Below, in pieces: positions 58,499 to 64,000 of a stretch of DNA of 64,000 nucleotides. The translations under genes and the position numbers were made by a program. Location of the stretch: positions 8,506-72,505 of IMG/VR virus record IMGVR_UViG_3300002036_000001; one strand, 5' to 3'. How positions within the stretch are numbered: the first letter of the stretch is position 1; each line of letters opens with the position of its first letter. This DNA is from a virus. Below the pieces are notes generated by a model. That model saw only the letters and a list, made by a program, of their open reading frames with translations, was not told where the DNA came from and made no database searches.

Positions 58499-59230
58499 TT
58501 ATTTTTTTAAGGATTCTAACCAAGTTTTTATACCATAATTATGAATTTCTACTTCTGTACTTTTTTTATTAAAAGGATATTTAAAATCTTTTATTAATTT
58601 TTTATTATAAATATTTATAAAATTACATACTTCTTTTCTATAATACCTGTCTGATAATATAAATGTTTTATGATTTAATAATCTTTTAATAAAATATCTT
58701 GAATTATATTTTGCACTAGATTTAAAATCAAAGTAAAGACGTATAATAGAAGTATATACACTTATAAGAAATGTATATTTCATCCAAAAAATAGGGCATT
58801 TAAATATATATGTATCTCCTACTTTTGCATAAATAGTTGTCCTAGATTTAAAAGAATTAAGCTTAGTTTCTATTTTATTTATAGTATTTATTAAATTATT
58901 TTTATTTTTATTTAAAGTTATATCAGCTTCTTCTTTATCTCTCCATGTAGTAGTTTTCCCATGTAAAAAATTTATACCTAAATAAAAATATTTTTTATTT
59001 TTAAATAAATTAGTTTTTGAGTAGCTAAAACCATAAACACACATATTTTTATATATTCCACTATTTTCTACAAAAGAAATATCATTTAAAAAATCTTTAC
59101 AACAAGTAAAAGGTACTAATGTTTCAAAATTGTATTTTGATTTTTTATCTAATATAGAAAATCCCATACCAGTAGATCTTCCTTCCATTAAAGCATTTCT
59201 ATTTTGAATCTCATTTATTTTATATTTCAT
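58499..59230 (-). CDS. Hypothetical protein (243 aa)
   Basis: Long ORF; FTCCKDFLND and FWMKYTFLISVYTSIIR segments; function not recognised. Confidence 0.7.
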   Translation of the reverse strand: MKYKINEIQNRNALMEGRSTGMGFSILDKKSKYNFETLVPFTCCKDFLNDISFVENSGIYKNMCVYGFSYSKTNLFKNKKYFYLGINFLHGKTTTWRDKEEADITLNKNKNNLINTINKIETKLNSFKSRTTIYAKVGDTYIFKCPIFWMKYTFLISVYTSIIRLYFDFKSSAKYNSRYFIKRLLNHKTFILSDRYYRKEVCNFINIYNKKLIKDFKYPFNKKSTEVEIHNYGIKTWLESLKK

Positions 59231-59247
59231 TTTTTATTTTTTTAATA

Positions 59248-59273
59248 AAGAGGGGAAATATTACTCCCCTCTT
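59248..59273 (-). terminator. Hairpin, probable terminator downstream of nrdJ
   Basis: AAGAGGGGA (59248-59256) / TCCCCTCTT (59265-59273); the minus-strand U-tract is short. Confidence 0.55.
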
Positions 59274-59289
59274 CTTAATTGTTTTTATT

Positions 59290-60215
59290 TTATATTATCT
59301 CACAGTTTCCTCCAGAGCATGCTAATTCTCCAGTTAAATCTGTATTATCCTCTTCTTCTACTATCTTTCTTAAATCTATAGGATATTCTTGTATATATTT
59401 AATCTTTTCTAAGTAAAATTCCTTAGTACATGTTTCAAATGGTGCATTTTCATAAGTACCTCCGTCAAAAGGTAATACAGAAAGTCCATTGAAGTCATTT
59501 CTATTACTCCACATCCATTCTCCTACATCTTTCCACTCATGTTTTTTACAAGAGATAGTAGCAGATACATTATTAGTATTAGGACCTCTATTGTGACCTT
59601 TTCTAACCCATTTTAAGTTATATCTTTTAACTCTTGCTAAAGAATCTAAAGCTGTTTCATCCTCTCTTAAAATAGCATTATCAGGAGCTTTTTGCGGTAT
59701 ACCTATAACAGCATCTTTAGGTTGATATGTCATTACCTTTATCAACTCTGGATGGAACTTCTTAAAGAAATTATACAAATCATCCCCTACTGCACATTGC
59801 ATATTTCTAATATAATATCTAGAATGCCAAGCATGTATTCCAGAAGATGTTCCAACTACACAAGAAGTAGTTCCACTAGGTTTAATAGTAGTAACTCTAG
59901 CCGCTGAATTTATACCAATTATTTTAGCTATTTTATTATTTACTATTTTTGTAATAGCAACTGCCTGTTCTAAATTTAAAGTACTTAATGTACCATTTGC
60001 AATTCCTGTTATACCTACTCCTATAAGAGCATCTTTTTCTGTATTAACTTTCCATGAATTTCTTAAATAATGAAAATCTGTAAAACCAGCCTGTAAAGTT
60101 CCAAAAAATGCACCTACTTCTGCAAATTTATTTAAATCTTCTTGGTTTTTAATTTCTCCAGCATTTATTTCTGTAAGATTACAGAATGTAAATGGTCTTA
60201 GTGCAATCTCACAAC
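59290..60215 (-). CDS. nrdJ: Class II (B12-dependent) ribonucleotide reductase, exon 2
   Basis: After splicing begins (T)GT TGT GAG = C-C-E-IALRPFTFCNLTEIN; TIKPSGTTS; C-terminal LACSGGNCEII. Confidence 0.9.
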
Positions 60216-61034
60216 CGTCACACCGTAGAATTACAACAATAATATCTACTTGTGCGCTGGACTGTCGCATACAACATGTTTCCAGTTCTTTCCTGATTTT
60301 ATAAAGGATATTACATAAGGTTTAACTTTAAACTTTTTTGCAATATCTACTAATCTCATTCCAGAGGGAATTAATTTACATTTAATTTGTTTTACTTGTT
60401 GTTCATTTAATAATGCTCTACCATTATTAGAACCTAAAGTTATATTTCTATAAGATTTTGAATATTTAATTCTATTTCTCTTACCTCTATTACTTCTTAA
60501 TTCTTTAGTATCATTTTTCTTTATACCTTCCTTAGTTTTTATAGAGGTATTTTTAGAATGAAGTTTTTTATTTTCTGGTATTTTATACCATGATTTATCA
60601 ACTTTTAATTCACCTCCTTTTTGAATATTCCATCCAATATTAGGTCTAATTCTATAAATTCTCTCTAAATCTAAAGCTTTCTTTAAAGATATATTACTAT
60701 GTAAAATTTCTTTTTGTAAATTATTCCAACCATAGCTTTTTATCGCATCAGTTAATTTGGTTTTCTTTTTATTTCTTTTATGAGATCTAAGTCTCTCTTT
60801 GAAATTACAAGTTATACCAATATAACCTTGTGATAATTTATCGCTATGATTCTTTGTGTGTATCCAATATACACTATAGTTGTTCTCCTCGCTCAGTCTC
60901 TCAGGCTGCACAGAAATTATTTCTTGCTTGCCCCCTGTCGTTGTATTGTCAACTTCCAAGTCAATCAGAGGAGATTTTACATCCGCGTTTTTTTTATTCA
61001 TAATGTTAAATATTATAGGTACTTTCTTCTATTA
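60216..61034 (-). mobile_element. Group I self-splicing intron (819 nt) in nrdJ
   Basis: 5' exon ends in U, intron ends in G; P1 ATCCGT/GCGGAT with U.G at the splice site; P3 TCTCCTC/GAGGAGA; P7 GACTG/CAGTC; P9 hairpin; exons of 994+926 nt give 640 codons and restore TNPCCEI. Confidence 0.9.
60246..61001 (-). CDS. Intron-encoded GIY-YIG homing endonuclease
   Basis: YSVYWI...GYIGIT..FKERLRSH...E...GWN catalytic module; C-terminal HTH (LVDIAKKFKVKPYVISFIKSGKNW). Confidence 0.88.
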   Translation of the reverse strand: MNKKNADVKSPLIDLEVDNTTTGGKQEIISVQPERLSEENNYSVYWIHTKNHSDKLSQGYIGITCNFKERLRSHKRNKKKTKLTDAIKSYGWNNLQKEILHSNISLKKALDLERIYRIRPNIGWNIQKGGELKVDKSWYKIPENKKLHSKNTSIKTKEGIKKNDTKELRSNRGKRNRIKYSKSYRNITLGSNNGRALLNEQQVKQIKCKLIPSGMRLVDIAKKFKVKPYVISFIKSGKNWKHVVCDSPAHK

Positions 61035-62028
61035 ACGGATTTGTACCATATTCAGGATCATTAGTAAAATAAATACCAGGTTCTCCTGAACCAGAATCTA
61101 CTACCATTTTCCATAAAGAATCAAATTCTTCTTTTTTTATTCTATTTCTAAGAATAACTGCTGAATTATTAGCTCTTCCTAATTCTGGATAATTTTCCCA
61201 CCATTTTCCATGTTTACTAGTAGCCATTTCTTTATCATCCATTGAAAATAAAGATATTAAAGCTGCTCTTCTTATTCCTCCAGCCAATACAGCATCTGCA
61301 ATAATACAATTTATTCTATGTACCTCAAAAGAAGTTAGTTTACTTCCATTTTGTTTTTCATTTAGAATAGTTTCTATTTTAGTTAAACATACTTTTAATG
61401 GTGCAGCACCTGGAGCCTTACCCCCCGCTGTAACTAGTCTAGATCCTTTCTCTCGTATATCTGAATAAACAAATCTAGGTTTTACTTTAGTTTTTCCAAA
61501 ATAAGATTTCATAAGTTGTTTAACTGCATCTGCCCAACCTTCAATACTATCTCCTATTAAAAACTTAGATTCTTTAATAGGTTTTTGTATTTCTGGTAAT
61601 TGTTCTATGTGATGGTATTGAACACTATAACCAATACCTGTACCTCCTAATAATAAAAACATTAGTTCACTAAATGATCTATAATCTGACATAGGCATAT
61701 AACCACAGTTATATAACCTAGCTTCATTTTTCTCTATAGCTGCTCCAGAAAATTGAGCAGCTCTCATAGAAGGCAATACTTTTTTATTATAAATATATGT
61801 AGAATTTATAAGTATTTTTTCAGAAAAAGGACTAACCTTTTTTAAATTTTTAATACCTTTTAATTCTAACTTTTTTCTATCTTCATCTGTACCATATTTT
61901 TTAATCATCATTGTAATATATCTATCTACAATCTCCTCCCAAGTTTCTCTTCTTTTTAGGAGAGGAATATATTTTGCATATTTATTATATATTACAATAT
62001 TTGATAATAATTTTATTTCATTCGTCAT
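61035..62028 (-). CDS. nrdJ: Class II ribonucleotide reductase, exon 1
   Basis: RRETWEE, LPSMRA, LYNCGY, GTGIGYS, DSIEGWAD, AGGIRRAALI, GEPG, GTNP; the unspliced frame runs nine codons into the intron. Confidence 0.92.
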
Positions 62029-62049
62029 GTATCACTCTTCTTCTTTAAA

Positions 62050-62613
62050 TTATAATTTATTTTCATTTATTATTTCTAATAAATTTATAGTTTCGTTCTC
62101 TTTATATATACTGTCCGTTAATTCAGAACTATTGTCGAGACTTACTTTTAATTTTTTTTCTATGGTTTCTTTTAATTTTTTATCTTTAAATAAAATCTGT
62201 TTTAATTTTAATAAAAAATTTACAGCATTAGGATTTCCCAAATAAATATCAGTATAATATTCTAATATTAAATGTTTTGCATCTACTCCAAATTTGGAAT
62301 ATCGCCCTTTTTTAAAATTATTATACTCATTTAAATATTCTTCTGGAAATTTAAATATATATATTACTCTATCTTTATTATCTATTAAATCTACAAATAA
62401 TTCATTTTGAGTCAAATTGTGCTCATAAGATGTAAAATCTGGATTTTTAAAATAAAAATCATGTACTATAAAAAAACAATCCTTATACTTATTACCATCG
62501 TCAAAAATATATGTATTTCTAAGATGGTTAAAAAATTTCTTATCAAAATTAACTAATTCTGATAATAACGGCAATAAATAAGTTTTAGATTTATTATATC
62601 TAGTTTTATTCAT
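62050..62613 (-). CDS. Conserved hypothetical phage protein (187 aa)
   Basis: NKSKTYLLPLL...FKKGRYSKF; packed operon. Confidence 0.7.
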   Translation of the reverse strand: MNKTRYNKSKTYLLPLLSELVNFDKKFFNHLRNTYIFDDGNKYKDCFFIVHDFYFKNPDFTSYEHNLTQNELFVDLIDNKDRVIYIFKFPEEYLNEYNNFKKGRYSKFGVDAKHLILEYYTDIYLGNPNAVNFLLKLKQILFKDKKLKETIEKKLKVSLDNSSELTDSIYKENETINLLEIINENKL

Positions 62614-63625
62614 TACTATTGTTGTTAATTGTTATAAAATCATCATTTAAATCTATATTACCGTTTGAAAGGTAAATAGATTTTTTTATATCAAAGACTT
62701 TATTATCCCAATGCCACTTTATTTCTTCTATTAATTCATATAAACCTTTATATCTATATCCTGAATTAGTAGTAAAACCTTTTATAGCAGCTTTGTTCCA
62801 TAATTCTTTTACTGTAAATACTACGGGAATTTTTTCAAACCTAGATATATATAAAAATTGAAAAGGTAATAAGGAATAACCTTTTAATTTAAATTTCTCA
62901 CATATAAAATCGTATGTATGCATATATACTGCTTCCTGTAGATAATATCTAAACTTTAGAAAACTACCTAAAAACTCACTTAAAGAATTAGCTCCTGTTT
63001 TTAAGTCTATTATTCTAATAGTTTTTTTATCATGATCTATTTGAAGAATATCAATAATTCCTCTATATTTTAAATCATTTATTTTAATATTAAATTTAAA
63101 TTGATTATGTGTTTCACAATCATTATTAAATATATGTTTAGAAAATTTATGTGTTAATAAGGTATCTTTTAAAGTACTTGCTAATATCATATCAGAGGTA
63201 GTGACAAGTGTTTTATTACTATACTTTATAAAAGACTCTAAGTACTTCCAAAATTCTGGTTTATCAAAATTATTTAATATTGTCTCATCTTTTTGCTTAT
63301 TCCAGTACTTATTATTTCTTATTATTTTTAATACAGTTTCTTTACTAGGTACTTTTGTGAAGTTATCTATAATATAGGTACACAATTTTCCTAATGTAGC
63401 TGTAGGTTTTTCTCCATCAAATATATGATAAAGCTTTTTAAAATTTTCTTTATTCAAAAGAAGATCATCTGTTAATGATCCTATCTTTGCTCCTTCATTT
63501 TTAACGATTGACTTCTTTATAAGAGCTTTAGGTCCGTTTCTATCATAATCGGAAGTTCTACTATAACTTAATAGTAATTCTCCTCTTTCTTCATTTTTAC
63601 CATAAAGCTCCTCTAAATCAGTCAT
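62606..63625 (-). CDS. PD-(D/E)XK nuclease (RecB/Cas4-like exonuclease)
   Basis: RGIIDILQID...IIDLKTG...YYLQEAVY motifs II-IV; GSLTDDLL N-terminal motif. Confidence 0.85.
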   Translation of the reverse strand: MTDLEELYGKNEERGELLLSYSRTSDYDRNGPKALIKKSIVKNEGAKIGSLTDDLLLNKENFKKLYHIFDGEKPTATLGKLCTYIIDNFTKVPSKETVLKIIRNNKYWNKQKDETILNNFDKPEFWKYLESFIKYSNKTLVTTSDMILASTLKDTLLTHKFSKHIFNNDCETHNQFKFNIKINDLKYRGIIDILQIDHDKKTIRIIDLKTGANSLSEFLGSFLKFRYYLQEAVYMHTYDFICEKFKLKGYSLLPFQFLYISRFEKIPVVFTVKELWNKAAIKGFTTNSGYRYKGLYELIEEIKWHWDNKVFDIKKSIYLSNGNIDLNDDFITINNNSNE

Positions 63626-63898
63626 TTATATTTTTTTTGAAATTACATCCATGTTAGATATACATAGATCAAATATTAAGTCTTCTAATTTAGAATATTT
63701 TTCTAAAATTAGATCAAAATCTTCTTTAAGAGAAAATGACGAAGATATATTTTTCATTAACTCCATTTCTTTTTCTACTATTAATCTTAATTCATTAAAC
63801 TCATTATTATCTAATAACTTCTTATATTCTACATACTTATTATCTTCATATAAATTTTTAAAGATATTTAGTATATCATTTTTTAATTTATCATTCAT
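63626..63898 (-). CDS. Hypothetical protein (90 aa)
   Basis: Packed helical ORF. Confidence 0.65.
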   Translation of the reverse strand: MNDKLKNDILNIFKNLYEDNKYVEYKKLLDNNEFNELRLIVEKEMELMKNISSSFSLKEDFDLILEKYSKLEDLIFDLCISNMDVISKKI

Positions 63899-63899
63899 T

Positions 63900-64000
63900 T
63901 TATTTTATTTTAATTATTACTCCAGAATTATCTGGATTGTGTGAATAATATTTATCATCCTGTTTAAGTACAAAAGGAATAAAATAATCCATATTATCAT
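63900..64000 (-). CDS. Partial CDS (3' end), possibly a RusA-like resolvase
   Basis: DNMDYFIPFVLKQDDKYYSHNPDNSGVIIKIK*; the (D)DN...NP...V.I.I ending resembles RusA-type C-termini; only 32 codons visible. Confidence 0.4.
   Translation of the reverse strand, partial: DNMDYFIPFVLKQDDKYYSHNPDNSGVIIKIK

Larger units (their letters stand above)
1..64000. mobile_element. Segment of a crAss-like (Crassvirales-type) bacteriophage genome
   Basis: Terminase-portal-scaffold-MCP order; crAss-type MCP N-terminus; HU/IHF-like genes, ring and muzzle genes, giant cargo genes with a DFDID RNA polymerase; two convergent gene blocks; no host housekeeping genes, rRNA or integrase seen. Confidence 0.93.

Noticed and set aside
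59290-62028. nrdJ as a pseudogene, two-subunit gene or intein-containing gene
   Set aside because: The insert has in-frame stops and clear group I pairings; precise removal restores one 639-aa frame. The track's extended ORF starts and ends (60270, 61006) are intron sequence.
62606-63625. Cas4 / CRISPR system
   Set aside because: Solo PD-(D/E)XK nuclease without an Fe-S Cys cluster, no other cas genes and no repeat-spacer array found.
55472-63944. Plus-strand ORFs 55472-55711, 59692-59907, 60846-61064, 62027-62245, 63651-63944
   Set aside because: Antisense shadows of minus-strand genes.
1-64000. Stop-codon reassignment (TAG/TGA), known in some crAss-like phages
   Set aside because: Multi-kb genes are intact in the standard code, and TAG (e.g. 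9939, 23384) and TGA (1634) end genes at sensible boundaries.
1-64000. tRNA or rRNA genes
   Set aside because: Intergenic gaps are short and AT-rich; no cloverleaf or T-loop (GTTCGA) context recognised by eye. A tRNAscan run would be definitive.

Overview
The whole window is part of a very AT-rich lytic phage genome of the crAss-like (Crassvirales-type) group. The host is probably Bacteroidota/Flavobacteriia, inferred from TTTG-N20-TAnnTTTG promoters and A-rich leaders without Shine-Dalgarno motifs. Plus strand (1-55214): PhoH, HU/IHF-like, GroES/GroEL-like, terminase, portal, scaffold-like, major capsid, ring/auxiliary proteins, fibre cluster, lysis cassette, a stand-alone 3'-5' exonuclease, muzzle/tail stabilisation protein and six ejected-cargo genes including the 2.2k-aa virion RNA polymerase (DFDID motif). 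Minus strand (55525-64000), converging on a bidirectional terminator: two metallophosphoesterases, a gene remnant, a class II ribonucleotide reductase split at its catalytic Cys codon by an 819-nt group I intron (60216-61034) carrying a GIY-YIG endonuclease, and a PD-(D/E)XK nuclease. The most unusual observations are four. (1) The three giant cargo proteins (about 5,180 aa) contain only four cysteines by manual scan, all at the facing termini of adjacent proteins, suggesting a head-to-tail disulfide chain. (2) Cadherin-like fibre modules lack their last beta-strand while the next gene begins with one, suggesting donor-strand assembly. (3) A lysis gene has an N-terminal membrane anchor and a C-terminal BAM beta-signal, a candidate new spanin type. 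(4) A palindromic box sits at near-constant spacing upstream of two head-gene promoters. All family calls come from motif recognition; no database search was run.
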